Assembly (NCBI GenBank): GCA_964291625.2
Contig: OZ220090.1
Location: 480,001-544,000 of the forward strand
Length of the DNA: 64,000 bases
Reading direction: 5' to 3'
Source of the DNA: Candidatus Latescibacterota bacterium
GTDB taxonomy: Bacteria > Latescibacterota > UBA2968 > UBA8231
In this document: positions 9,035 through 18,732 of the stretch, piece after piece
Layout: every line of letters begins with the position of its first letter
Position numbering within the stretch: position 1 is the first letter of the stretch
The notes under the pieces: generated by a model
Seen by the model: the letters and a program-made list of their open reading frames with translations, nothing else
Databases searched by the model: none
Told to the model about the DNA's origin: nothing
Translations under genes and position numbers: made by a program

Positions 9035-10929
9035 CCTCCGAAGGGGCAGGAACGGCGGCGAACGCGGCGCCGGGGCCGCCGGGTCTGCGGCCGCCGCCGG
9101 AGGTCTGGCTCCACTCCGACCTTCCCGGCCGCTTCGGGCGCTCCTTCCGGTTCTCCCGGATCGAGGCCAGTCTGCAGGCCGACGACCCGGGGGAGGTCAC
9201 CGAAGTCCTGGAGACCGTCGAGGCGGCCGTGGACCGCGGGTTGCACGCCGTCGGCTTCCTCTGTTACGAGGCGGCGCCGGCCTTCGACCCCGCCTTCCCC
9301 TGCGGTCCCCGCGACCCCCTGCTGCCCCTGGTCTGGTTCGGGCTCTACGGACGGAGACGGGAGATCTCCGCCGCCGACGGTCCACCCTCCCGGGAGTACC
9401 GGCTCGGCCCGTGGACACCGGCGAGCCGCCCGCGGGACCACGCCGGGGCCGTGCGCCGCATCCACGAGTACATCGCCGCCGGCGACACCTACCAGGTGAA
9501 CTACACCTTCCCCCTGTCGGCCTCCTTCGAGGGCGATGCCGGAGGGCTCTACCGCGACCTTCGCCGCTCCCAGGGAGGGGCGGGTTTCTGCGCTTTCCTC
9601 GACCTCGGCCGGGCGGTGGTGGTCTCCGCCTCGCCGGAGCTGTTCTTCTCCCTGGACAGCGCCGGCGGCATCGAGGCGCGGCCCATGAAGGGCACCCGCC
9701 GGCGCGGACGCTGGGTCGAGGAAGACGACGATCTCGCCCGCGAGCTGACGGCCAGCGCCAAGGAACGGGCGGAGAACGTCATGATCGTGGACCTGCTGCG
9801 GAACGACCTCGGCCGCGTGTCGGTCAAGGGGTCCGTGCGGGTCCCCCGGCTGTGGCGGGCGGAGGCCCTCGACACGGTGTGGCAGATGACCTCGACGGTC
9901 ACCGCGAAGTTGCGTGACGGGGTGGGGCCGGGAAGGGTCTTCGAGGCCCTCTTCCCCTGCGGGTCGGTCACCGGGGCGCCCAAGGTGCGGACGACGCAGA
10001 TCATCCGCCAGCTCGAGGGCGCACCCCGGGGGGTGTACACCGGCTCCATCGGCTACCTCTCCCCCGGGGACAAGGGAGCCGCCACCCCGCGGGGGATGGA
10101 GGGGCGGTTCTCCGTCGCCATCCGTACCGTCACCCTCGACCGCTCCGCCGGGATCGCCCGGGCGGGGGTCGGCGCCGGCATCACCTGGGGCTCGGAGGCC
10201 TCCTCCGAGTACGGGGAGTGCCTGGCCAAGGCCCGCTTCCTCACGCCTACCCACACCGAGTTCGAGCTCCTCGAAGGACTGCTGTTTGAGCCTGAATGCG
10301 GATACTATCTTCTCGAACGCCACCTGCGCAGGCTCGAGGGTTCGGCGAGGTACTTCGGGTTCCCCCATGACGAGGCCCGGGTGCGCGCCCGGCTCGCCGC
10401 CGCCGCCGCAGGGGCGCGCGGGCCCCTGCGGGTTCGTCTGACGACGGCCCGGGACGGCGGCCTCACCGTCGAGTCGTCCGGGGTGGAAGCGGCTCCCTCC
10501 GAGGTGACGGCGGTCATCGCCGAAGAGGTCGCGGTGGACGCGGAGGACCGGTTCCTCTACCACAAGACCACCCACACGGGGGTGCGCGAAGAGGCCCTCG
10601 CCGAGGCTCGCCGCAGGGGCGCCCGGGAGGCGGTCCTGAGAAACCAGCGGGGCGAGATCGCGGGTGCCGCGACGGGGAACCTGCTCGTGCAGACGGAGGC
10701 CGGCTGCTTCACGCCCCCCCTCGCCAGCGGCATCCTGCCGGGGACGATGCGAGCCGAGCTGCTGGCCGCGGGCGAGGCCAGCGAGCGCCGCATGGGGGTC
10801 GAGGATCTCGTCTCCGCGCGGGCGGTCTACCGAATCGATTCCGTTCGCCGCCGGGTACGTCTGAGGATTCCGGACATGGCACACCACGGTACCGATCCAA
10901 TTCGAGAAGCCGCCGTCCTCGGCGGCTGA
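9031..10929 (+). CDS. pabB: aminodeoxychorismate synthase component I fused to class IV aminotransferase (PabB-PabC)
   Basis: GDTYQVN, SPELFF, PMKGT, KERAENVMIVDLLRNDLGR, FPCGSVTGAPK; C-terminal HKTT and GILPGTMR; GTG overlaps the AKR stop. Confidence 0.88.
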   Translation: MTSEGAGTAANAAPGPPGLRPPPEVWLHSDLPGRFGRSFRFSRIEASLQADDPGEVTEVLETVEAAVDRGLHAVGFLCYEAAPAFDPAFPCGPRDPLLPLVWFGLYGRRREISAADGPPSREYRLGPWTPASRPRDHAGAVRRIHEYIAAGDTYQVNYTFPLSASFEGDAGGLYRDLRRSQGGAGFCAFLDLGRAVVVSASPELFFSLDSAGGIEARPMKGTRRRGRWVEEDDDLARELTASAKERAENVMIVDLLRNDLGRVSVKGSVRVPRLWRAEALDTVWQMTSTVTAKLRDGVGPGRVFEALFPCGSVTGAPKVRTTQIIRQLEGAPRGVYTGSIGYLSPGDKGAATPRGMEGRFSVAIRTVTLDRSAGIARAGVGAGITWGSEASSEYGECLAKARFLTPTHTEFELLEGLLFEPECGYYLLERHLRRLEGSARYFGFPHDEARVRARLAAAAAGARGPLRVRLTTARDGGLTVESSGVEAAPSEVTAVIAEEVAVDAEDRFLYHKTTHTGVREEALAEARRRGAREAVLRNQRGEIAGAATGNLLVQTEAGCFTPPLASGILPGTMRAELLAAGEASERRMGVEDLVSARAVYRIDSVRRRVRLRIPDMAHHGTDPIREAAVLGG

Positions 10930-10946
10930 GTTCAGGAGGGTTGCCA

Positions 10947-12146
10947 GTGTATCGCATGGGAGAAGCGGAGATCCGGCGGATCCGGCGCCTCATCGAGTCG
11001 GGGAAGATCTTCCGCTACGGATCCGGCGGGGAATGCGACCGGTTCGAGGCCGGCTGGGCCTCTCATCTGGGCGTGAAGCACGCGCGCATGACCCGCTCCG
11101 GAACGTCGGCTCTGTACACCGCCCTCGTCGGGCTCGGCGTGGGGCCCGGGGACCAGGTGGTGGTACCCGCCTACACCTACATGGCGACGGCCCTGGCGGT
11201 CCTCTCCGCCGGGGCCATCCCGGTGGTCGCCGACGTGGACGACTCCCTCACTCTGTCGGCGGCGGACCTCGAGAGCCGCCTGACCCGGCACACGCGGGCC
11301 GTGATCCCCGTGCACATGGTCGGCCTGCCCTGCGACATGGACGGCATCATGAAGGTCGCGCGGCGCCACGACCTGCTCGTCCTGGAAGACGCCTGTCAGG
11401 CCGTCGGCGGGGGCTACCGCGGCAGGGCCCTGGGGTCGATCGGCCACGCCGGCGCCTTCAGCTTCAACTTCTTCAAGAACATCACCTGCGGCGAAGGGGG
11501 AGCCTTCGTCACCAGCTCGAAGGCCGTGTACGACCGCGGCTCGGTGGCCGTCGACTGCTGCTCCTTCTACTGGGACGCCGACCCGGGAGACCCGGAGGCG
11601 CCGCGGTCTGCCGAAGACCTGCAGTTCGCCGGCCACAACTTCCGCGCCTCCGAGTTCGAGGGAGCCATCCTCAACGTTCAGCTCGGACGGCTGGATGGGA
11701 TGCTGGCGCGGATGCGCGACCAAAAGCAGGCCCTCACCGAAGCCGGAGAGGCCGCCGGGCTCACCTCGATCCGCAACCACAGCCCGGACCATGAGTGCGG
11801 CACCCATGCCGGCTTTCTCTTCGAGACGGAGGAGCGGGCGCGGACCTTCTCGGCCGATCTCGCCGATATGGGCGTGGGCAACTTCCGCCCCCTCGACACG
11901 GGCCGCCATGTCTATACCCGGTGGGAGCCGATCCTGCGCCAGCAGGGCTCTCACCACCCGGCCCTGGACCCCTTCAAGATCCCGGCCAACCGCAAGTGCA
12001 GGGTGAGATATACCCACGACATGTGCGCCTCCTCCCTCGACATCCTTGGGCGGGCGGTCCTGGTGCCCTGCCATCCCGACCATCGAAGGCCCCGCGTACG
12101 ATCGATGATCAAGGCGCTGGAAGCGGCCGCGGAGGCGGGGACATGA
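10947..12146 (+). CDS. DegT/DnrJ/EryC1/StrS family aminotransferase
   Basis: SGTSAL, EDACQA, FSFNFFKNITCGEGG; AGGAGG 7 nt before GTG 10947. Confidence 0.9.
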   Translation: MYRMGEAEIRRIRRLIESGKIFRYGSGGECDRFEAGWASHLGVKHARMTRSGTSALYTALVGLGVGPGDQVVVPAYTYMATALAVLSAGAIPVVADVDDSLTLSAADLESRLTRHTRAVIPVHMVGLPCDMDGIMKVARRHDLLVLEDACQAVGGGYRGRALGSIGHAGAFSFNFFKNITCGEGGAFVTSSKAVYDRGSVAVDCCSFYWDADPGDPEAPRSAEDLQFAGHNFRASEFEGAILNVQLGRLDGMLARMRDQKQALTEAGEAAGLTSIRNHSPDHECGTHAGFLFETEERARTFSADLADMGVGNFRPLDTGRHVYTRWEPILRQQGSHHPALDPFKIPANRKCRVRYTHDMCASSLDILGRAVLVPCHPDHRRPRVRSMIKALEAAAEAGT

Positions 12147-14164
12147 AGAGCCCGCCCGACCTCCTCACCGTCGGTCCGGATCCGGCCGCCGGAGACCGGC
12201 GTCTGCTGGCGCCGCGAGCGCTCACGACTCCCTGCCGGCTCACGCCCGCCGCCGACCTGGCCGACTGGCGGCGGAGGGCCGCCCACATCCGCGAACGGAT
12301 CCTCTCCGTCACCGGCCTGCTGCCATCGCCCGAGCGGTCGCCCCTCAGGGCCCGGGTCCAGGGGCGCGTCGAGGGGCAGGGCTACTCGGTGGAGAAGGTC
12401 CACTTCGAGAGCCTCCCCGGGTTGTTCGTGTGCGGCAACCTGTACCGGCCCCTCGGTCTCACCGGAGCGGCCCCCGGGATCGTCTGTCCTCACGGCCACT
12501 GGTCCCAGGGGCGGTTCCACCACGACCATCTGGGCTCCGTCCCGGCGCGCGGCATGGGCCTGGCGCGCCTTGGCTGCGTGGCCTTCGCCTACGACATGGT
12601 CGGCTACAACGACTCGGCCCAGTTCGAGCACCGCCTCGCCTTCGGCTCCCGGGCCGGGCCGTGGGGAGTGGGCCAGCTGGGGCTGCAGCTGTGGAACAGC
12701 CTGCGGGTCGTCGACTTCCTCTGCTCGCTGAGCGACGTCGATCCCGCCCGCATCGGCGTTACCGGCGCCTCGGGCGGCGGCACCCAGACCTTCCTGCTCG
12801 CCGCCGTCGACGACCGGGTGGCCGCCGCCGCCCCGGTGAACATGATCTCGGGACACATGCAGGGAGGCTGCGTCTGCGAGAACCAGGACCACCTGCGGCT
12901 CGACCTGAACAACATCGAGATCGCCGCCTGCGCCGCCCCGCGTCCGCAGATGATGGTTTCGGCCACGGGCGACTGGACCGTGCACACGCCGTACCACGAG
13001 TACCCCGCCGTGCGCCGGGTCTACGACCTCTTCGGAGCCGCCGGACGCGTCCACACCTGCCAGGTGGAGGCCGACCACAACTACAACCGGGCAAGCCGGG
13101 AGGCCGTGTACGGCTTCTTCCGCCGCTACCTGCTCGGCGGCTCGGGCGCCCCGGTCCGGGAGCCGGACCTGGACCCCGTGGACCCCGCCGAGCTCCGTGT
13201 CTTCCCCCGGGAGCCCGGCTCCGGCCGGACCGTCATGCCGAAGCGGGCCCTGGCGGCGGGGGACCTGATCGACTCCGTCGCCCGCCGGGCCCGGCGGCGC
13301 AACGCCCTTCTGCAGCCGCGGGATGTCGCCGGCCTGCGGCGGCTGCGCTCCCGCCTCGGCCCGGCCCTGCGGCACTGCCTGGCGGCGCGCATGCCGGCAC
13401 CCGGAGAGGTGGACCTCCAGGAGCGGGGAAGGGAGCGCCTGCGGCAACGGGGCGGGGAGCTCGTGTACGAGCGCTTGCTGCTGAGGCTCGAAGGCGGCGC
13501 CGTCCCCGCGGTGATGGTCTCGGCGGCTTCCGCCGCCCGTGGGCCGGCGGCCCTGGTCGTGCACGAGGAAGGCAAGGCGGCGCTCTTCACCAGCGACGGC
13601 GAGCCTCGTGCTCCGGTGGCGGCCCTGCTGCGGGCGGGCCACAGGGTACTGGCCATCGACCCCTTTCTCCTGGGCGAGGCCGGGGATGCGGACCACCCCT
13701 ACCCGGCCGAGGACATCGACCACTTCCACACCTACAACCCGGTGACCGCGTCGGCGCGCGTCCAGGACGTGCTCAGCGCCCTCGGCTACCTGCGCGACCG
13801 GCCCGATACCGGCGGCGTGCGCCTCCTCGGCCAGGGGCGGGCCGGCTTGTGGTGTCTCTTCGCCGCTGCCGCCGCGGGCTCCTCCGGGCCGCGGGCCACC
13901 TGTGTCGAGGTCGGCGGGTTCCACTTCGAGCGTGACTGGGAGAGTACGTGCCCCATCCCCGCGGTCCGGGCCGCCGGGGACGTGGCCACCGCCGCCGCCC
14001 TGATCGCGCCCGGGCGCCTGGCCGTCCACGGGGCCGGCGCCGGCCAGCGCTTCCCGGCGGCCGCCGTGCGGAGGATCTACCGTTCCGCCGCCCGCCCGGA
14101 GGCCCTGACCATATCCCGCCGCCGGTGGTCCTCGGAGCGCCAGGCGGGCTGGCTGCTGACCTGA
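12143..14164 (+). CDS. acetylxylan esterase-like alpha/beta hydrolase (two-module)
   Basis: VEKVHFESLPG, CPHGHW, GVTGASGGGTQT nucleophile elbow, GGCVCEN; ATGA overlap with upstream stop. Confidence 0.8.
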   Translation: MKSPPDLLTVGPDPAAGDRRLLAPRALTTPCRLTPAADLADWRRRAAHIRERILSVTGLLPSPERSPLRARVQGRVEGQGYSVEKVHFESLPGLFVCGNLYRPLGLTGAAPGIVCPHGHWSQGRFHHDHLGSVPARGMGLARLGCVAFAYDMVGYNDSAQFEHRLAFGSRAGPWGVGQLGLQLWNSLRVVDFLCSLSDVDPARIGVTGASGGGTQTFLLAAVDDRVAAAAPVNMISGHMQGGCVCENQDHLRLDLNNIEIAACAAPRPQMMVSATGDWTVHTPYHEYPAVRRVYDLFGAAGRVHTCQVEADHNYNRASREAVYGFFRRYLLGGSGAPVREPDLDPVDPAELRVFPREPGSGRTVMPKRALAAGDLIDSVARRARRRNALLQPRDVAGLRRLRSRLGPALRHCLAARMPAPGEVDLQERGRERLRQRGGELVYERLLLRLEGGAVPAVMVSAASAARGPAALVVHEEGKAALFTSDGEPRAPVAALLRAGHRVLAIDPFLLGEAGDADHPYPAEDIDHFHTYNPVTASARVQDVLSALGYLRDRPDTGGVRLLGQGRAGLWCLFAAAAAGSSGPRATCVEVGGFHFERDWESTCPIPAVRAAGDVATAAALIAPGRLAVHGAGAGQRFPAAAVRRIYRSAARPEALTISRRRWSSERQAGWLLT

Positions 14165-14210
14165 GGGAGGCCGGGGCGGGGTACCCCCCGCGGCCCACCC
14201 GGCATCTGCG

Positions 14211-15044
14211 ATGAACACCGAAGAGCTGCAGGCGAAGAAGGGGCGGGGCGAGCCGATCGTCGTCCTCACCTGCTACGACAGCCCCACGGCCGCCTGGCAG
14301 GAGGCGGCCGGTGTCGATGTCGTGTTCTGCGGCGACAGCGTCGGCACCAATCTCCTCGGGTACGACGACGAGCGGCAGGTGACGATGGACGACATGATCC
14401 ACCACCTGAAGGCCGTCCGGCGCGGCCTGCGCGGGGGCGCCTACCTGCTCGCCGACCTGCCCTACGGCTCCGCCGACACTCCCGGGGAGGCCCTGGACAA
14501 CTCCCTGCGCTTCACCGCCCTCGGCGCCGACGGCGTCAAGCTGGAGGGATTCAAGCCCGAGGTCGTGACCGCCCTCGCCGGACGCGGACTCGATGTGTGG
14601 TGCCATCTCGGCCTGAACCCGCAGATCCACGAGGCGCCGCGGATCCAGGCCCGTACCGCCAGGGGCGCGGCCCTCCTGGTGGAGCGGGCCCTCCGCCTCC
14701 AGGAGGCGGGGGCTGCCTTCCTGGTCCTCGAGCTCATCCCGGAGGAGGTCGGCAGGGCGGTCACCGAACGCCTCGACATCCCCACCATCGGCATCGCCGC
14801 CGGCCGCCACACCGACGGGCAGGTCCAGATCGTCACCGACGTCCTCGGCGTCCACGAGCTCGACCTGCGCCACGTGCGCCGCTACGGCGAGTTCGCACGC
14901 CAGGGGATCCGGGGCATCGCCGCCTATGTCGACGATGTCCGCCAGCGGCGTTTTCCCGCCGCCGGTCAGGGGTGGCGCATGAAGGAGGCCGAGGCGGCCG
15001 AGTTCGAGCGCTGGCTGTCCGGGCCCCCCCCCGAAGACCGCTAG
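14211..15044 (+). CDS. panB: 3-methyl-2-oxobutanoate hydroxymethyltransferase
   Basis: LTCYD, GDSVG, ADLPYGS, GVKLEG, HLGLNPQ, PTIGIAAG, DGQV. Confidence 0.92.
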   Translation: MNTEELQAKKGRGEPIVVLTCYDSPTAAWQEAAGVDVVFCGDSVGTNLLGYDDERQVTMDDMIHHLKAVRRGLRGGAYLLADLPYGSADTPGEALDNSLRFTALGADGVKLEGFKPEVVTALAGRGLDVWCHLGLNPQIHEAPRIQARTARGAALLVERALRLQEAGAAFLVLELIPEEVGRAVTERLDIPTIGIAAGRHTDGQVQIVTDVLGVHELDLRHVRRYGEFARQGIRGIAAYVDDVRQRRFPAAGQGWRMKEAEAAEFERWLSGPPPEDR

Positions 15045-16909
15045 CCGGTCCTTTCCCGCAGGTCCACGTGGAGGTCGAGCCGCGGCAGGTCCACGTGCCG
15101 GACGGTGGCCGCGTAGAGGCTCCCCGGCCGGCCCCCCGGCGGCAGGCTGACCGGCGTCTCCAGGGCCAGTTCCGGAATCACCAGCGTGCCCCGGCGGCCT
15201 CTCGCGTCGATCAGCTCCGCCGCTCCCTGCCAACCGGGCCGCTGCCGCAGCCGGACCAGAGTCCAGTGGCGATTGGCGAGCCGCTCGGTGCGGCGCACGG
15301 CACGGGCGGCGGCCTCGGCCTGGGCGGCGCGCTCGAACATCTGCTCTCGCTCCAGGGGTTCGGCCTCGGAGGCCCAGGCGCGCAGTTGCTGGTGGGCGAG
15401 GAGGTCGACGTAGCGGCGCAGGGGACTCGTGACCCGCACGTAGGCCTGCAGTCCCAGGCCGCGGTGGGGAGCGGGCTCGCCGCTGACGCGGGCCGGAGTC
15501 TGGCGCCGCCGCAGGGCGAAGGCGGCGGCCAGCGAGCCCTCCGGCGGCGGCGCATCCCCCTCGCTCTCCGGGGCCGCTTCCTGCACCGAGAAGGGCATGG
15601 CCAGTCCGCTCTCGACCGCCCTCCGCGCCGTCCCTTCGCCGGCCAGGATCATGGCCTCGGCCACCATCCTGCGGATCGGCGAGGGCACCAGGGGCTCGAT
15701 GTGGATGACGGGCGCCTCCCTCCCGCCCTCCACGCGGATGCGCGCCTCGGGCCACTGCAGGTCCACGGCCCCGGCGGTCAGCCTCCGGGAACGGGCCCGA
15801 TCGGTGAGCTCCACCAGCCTCTGCAGGAGCGGGTCCCGGTCGAGGCGTTCATTGGCGGCTCCATAGGTCAACCGCTCGACCCGCACCCGCGAAGGCAGGA
15901 AGGCGCAGTCCGTGACCCGGCCCTCCTCGTCGAGGCGGAGCCGGAAGGAGAGGGCCGGCGACTCACCTTCCGGGCCCAGGCCCAGCCCCAGGCGATCCAC
16001 CGCCTCGCGGGGAAGCATCGGGATCGCCCCGTCCGGCAGGTAGAGGGTGGCGCCGCGGTCTCTCGCCTCGCGGTCCACAGGGCTCTCCGGGGGGACGGCG
16101 GAGGCCGCGTCGGCCACGTGGACCCAGAGAGCCCCGTCCTCGTCGAGGGAGACGGCGTCGTCGGGGTCGCGGCTGCCCTCGTCGTCGATGGCGAGGGCCG
16201 GCAGGTGAGTGAGGTCCTTCCGCGGCTCCGGGGACGGGTCCGCCACGGCCGTCCGGGGCGCCTCCGGAGGGAGTCCGGCCCAGGCGGGGTAGGGCACGTC
16301 CGAGACCGACCAGCGCCTCACTTCCAGGAGCAGGGCGTGGGCGTTCTCCGCCGTCTCGGCGCGGCCGAGTTCCTTCAGCACGGGCGAGCCCTCGCGGCGG
16401 CCGAGGGCCAGGTCCTGCAGGGGGCGCAGGAACTCCTCGTCCTCGTCGGTCACGGCTCCGCCCCGGACGCGCTCGACGAAGGCGGACCAGGCCCGGGCCC
16501 TCCGGGCGGCCTGGTGACGGCGCTCGCTCTCCTCCGACACCTCCAGCGGGGATCGCGCCACGACGGCCTCCGGCGATCCCGAGAAGTGCAGGCCGTCGGC
16601 GACCAGCTGCCAGGCGGCCCAGGCGGCGGCGGGGGTGGCACCGCCGAAGAGCAACTCGGCGAGGGTGGCCAGGTCGCAGGGATCCTCCCCGTGAAGCAGG
16701 TCGCGCACGGCCTCGACCGGCTCGGCCGGCCCTGGGTCGGACAGGTCGGCCAACGTACAGGGGCCGCCATGCAGCAGAGTCACGTCCTTGGGGCGCACAC
16801 GGCGGGACCCGCCCTCCGTCTCGATCTCCAGGCGGCCCTCCCCGGGTTTCTTGACGCGGGCCGGACGGCCCTTGTAGAGTACGAGCCCGCCTGTGGGCAG
16901 CTCACTCAT
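15041..16909 (-). CDS. RNB-domain exoribonuclease (RNase II/R family)
   Basis: AIDDEGSRDPDDAVS, VHVAD, RGATLYLPD, TSPLRRYVDL; ATG at 16909. Confidence 0.9.
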   Translation of the reverse strand: MSELPTGGLVLYKGRPARVKKPGEGRLEIETEGGSRRVRPKDVTLLHGGPCTLADLSDPGPAEPVEAVRDLLHGEDPCDLATLAELLFGGATPAAAWAAWQLVADGLHFSGSPEAVVARSPLEVSEESERRHQAARRARAWSAFVERVRGGAVTDEDEEFLRPLQDLALGRREGSPVLKELGRAETAENAHALLLEVRRWSVSDVPYPAWAGLPPEAPRTAVADPSPEPRKDLTHLPALAIDDEGSRDPDDAVSLDEDGALWVHVADAASAVPPESPVDREARDRGATLYLPDGAIPMLPREAVDRLGLGLGPEGESPALSFRLRLDEEGRVTDCAFLPSRVRVERLTYGAANERLDRDPLLQRLVELTDRARSRRLTAGAVDLQWPEARIRVEGGREAPVIHIEPLVPSPIRRMVAEAMILAGEGTARRAVESGLAMPFSVQEAAPESEGDAPPPEGSLAAAFALRRRQTPARVSGEPAPHRGLGLQAYVRVTSPLRRYVDLLAHQQLRAWASEAEPLEREQMFERAAQAEAAARAVRRTERLANRHWTLVRLRQRPGWQGAAELIDARGRRGTLVIPELALETPVSLPPGGRPGSLYAATVRHVDLPRLDLHVDLRERTG

Positions 16910-16999
16910 TCCCGACTTCCTTCCCCTCCGTGCAAAGCTGCACCCGCCAGTCAAGGCTGTCCAAGGCGGCCTCCTGCGGTGGCCGCCCCTGAACCCGGC

Positions 17000-18493
17000 G
17001 TGGCACCGGACCTCTCTCTCGGCATCGACCTGGGCACTGCGAGTGTCAAGGTCCTGGTGGTCGACTCCGGCGGCCGGGTGGTGGGGAAGGCCTCGTCCGG
17101 GTACCCCCTGCACACCCCGAGGCCTGGGTGGGTGGAGCAGGATCCGGAAAACTGGTGGCAGGCCACGTGCGCGGCCCTGCGCCAAGCCGCGCGGCAGGTC
17201 GACGCCGCCCGCATCCGGGGACTCTCCCTCTCGGGGCAGCTCAACGGCGGACTCTTCCTCGACGAGGCCCTGCGGCCGTTGCGGCCGGTGCCGATCTGGC
17301 TCGACCACCGGGCCGCCGAACTCTGCCGGCGCATCGATGGCGGCGCCGCGGGGGACCGCGTCCTCCGGTCGGCCCGGCAGCGCTTGACGCCGGTGAACAC
17401 CCTGGCCAAGATCCTCTGGGTGCGCGACCACGAGCCGGCGGTCTACAGGAAGACGCGAGTCGTCCTGCTGCCGAAGGACTGGCTGCGGCTCCGCCTCTCG
17501 GGCAGCACCGGGACCGACCTGACGGACGCCTCCGTGACCGCCGCCCTCGACCTGAAGGAGAAGCGCTGGTCGTCGGAGATCCTCGCCGCCGTCGGTGTGC
17601 GCGAGGATCTGTTTCCGCCGCTGTCCCCGTCGACCGAAGTGGTGGGCGCCGTCACCGAGGAGGCGGCCGCCTCCACCGGAGTGCCGGCCGGCGTCCCGGT
17701 CTGCGCCGGCGGCGGCGACATGCCCTGTCTCGCCGTGGGCAGCGGAGTGGTCCGTCCCGGGATCGTCTCTCTCGGCATCGGCACCGCGGCCCACGCCACG
17801 GCCTACGCCCCGGATCTGGAGACCGCCTCCGGGCCTGCCACCGAGGGGCTGTGGCCCATGTGCCATCCCGACGGCGGCGGCCATGCCTGGCTCGGGTGCT
17901 CCTTCACCGGCGGCGAGAGCCTGCGCTGGCTGACGGGGATCCTCGGCGCCGGCTTCGAGGGGTTGCTCGCCGAGGCGGAAGAAGCCGAAGCCGGCAGCCG
18001 GGGACTGGTCTTCGCCCCCTGGCTCGAGGGCCGGGCCACGCCGGGTCCCGACCCGGCCGCCCGGGGGGCCTTCCTGGGGCTGGACCTGCGCCACGGCCGC
18101 GGGCACATGGTACGCGCTGTCATGGAAGGTGTGGCCTACGATCTTCGCGAGTGCCTGGAGTGCTTCCGCTGCGCCGGGCTGCGGGGACACGAGATCCGCA
18201 TCGGCGAAGGCGGCCTGCGCTCCGTCCTGTGGAGGCAGATCCTGGCCGACGTGGTGGGCACGCCGGTGCGCGTCCTCGCCGTGGAGGACCCTTCCGCCCT
18301 CGGCGCGGCCCTGATCGCCGCCGTGGGCACGGGCCTGTTCGAGGACTTCGAGGAGGCCTGCGGCGCCGCGGTCGGGAGCGCCCGGACGGTGGAGCCCCGG
18401 GACGAGGCGCGCGCCGCCTACGAGGAGGGATTCATGGAGTACCAGCAGATCTATCCCGCCCTGCGGGACTGGCACGGAGGGCGCGGCCCATGA
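17000..18493 (+). CDS. xylB: FGGY-family carbohydrate kinase (xylulokinase-like)
   Basis: LGIDLGTASVK, EQDP, LLPKDWL, GGGD, LGIGT, RAVMEGVA; start GTG 17000 or 16979. Confidence 0.82.
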   Translation: MAPDLSLGIDLGTASVKVLVVDSGGRVVGKASSGYPLHTPRPGWVEQDPENWWQATCAALRQAARQVDAARIRGLSLSGQLNGGLFLDEALRPLRPVPIWLDHRAAELCRRIDGGAAGDRVLRSARQRLTPVNTLAKILWVRDHEPAVYRKTRVVLLPKDWLRLRLSGSTGTDLTDASVTAALDLKEKRWSSEILAAVGVREDLFPPLSPSTEVVGAVTEEAAASTGVPAGVPVCAGGGDMPCLAVGSGVVRPGIVSLGIGTAAHATAYAPDLETASGPATEGLWPMCHPDGGGHAWLGCSFTGGESLRWLTGILGAGFEGLLAEAEEAEAGSRGLVFAPWLEGRATPGPDPAARGAFLGLDLRHGRGHMVRAVMEGVAYDLRECLECFRCAGLRGHEIRIGEGGLRSVLWRQILADVVGTPVRVLAVEDPSALGAALIAAVGTGLFEDFEEACGAAVGSARTVEPRDEARAAYEEGFMEYQQIYPALRDWHGGRGP

Positions 18494-18732
18494 AGCCGGG
18501 AGCACCGGTCGAGGTGGAGGGCCTCCGCGACGAGCCCCGCCGGCATCCGCTGATCTGGGTGGTGTACCTGTTGCTGTTCGTCGTGGCCGTTCCCTGGTAC
18601 TGGCCCACGGGCTACCGGGGTCCCCTCGTCCTCGGCCTGCCCCTGTGGGCCGCCGTGAGCCTGGGGGCGGTGGTGCTCATGGCCTTGTGGACCGCCTTCG
18701 TCATCCGGCGCTGGTGGCGGGAGGAGGACTGA
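18490..18732 (+). CDS. small two-helix membrane protein (DUF3311-like SSS partner subunit)
   Basis: 80 aa, VPWYW and GLPLW motifs, two hydrophobic helices, directly before the SSS gene. Confidence 0.75.
   Translation: MKPGAPVEVEGLRDEPRRHPLIWVVYLLLFVVAVPWYWPTGYRGPLVLGLPLWAAVSLGAVVLMALWTAFVIRRWWREED

Noticed and set aside
5956-10929. 1657-aa ORF on the plus strand
   Set aside because: Only 9031-10929 (PabB-PabC) is protein-like; the rest is a stop-poor shadow frame over the acyl-CoA ligase, enolase and AKR genes, as expected at high GC
14597-18505. Overlapping 1298-aa (+) and 1154-aa (-) ORFs suggesting giant bidirectional genes
   Set aside because: They resolve into divergent RNB (start 16909) and FGGY kinase (start about 17000) genes, each extended by the antisense frame of the other
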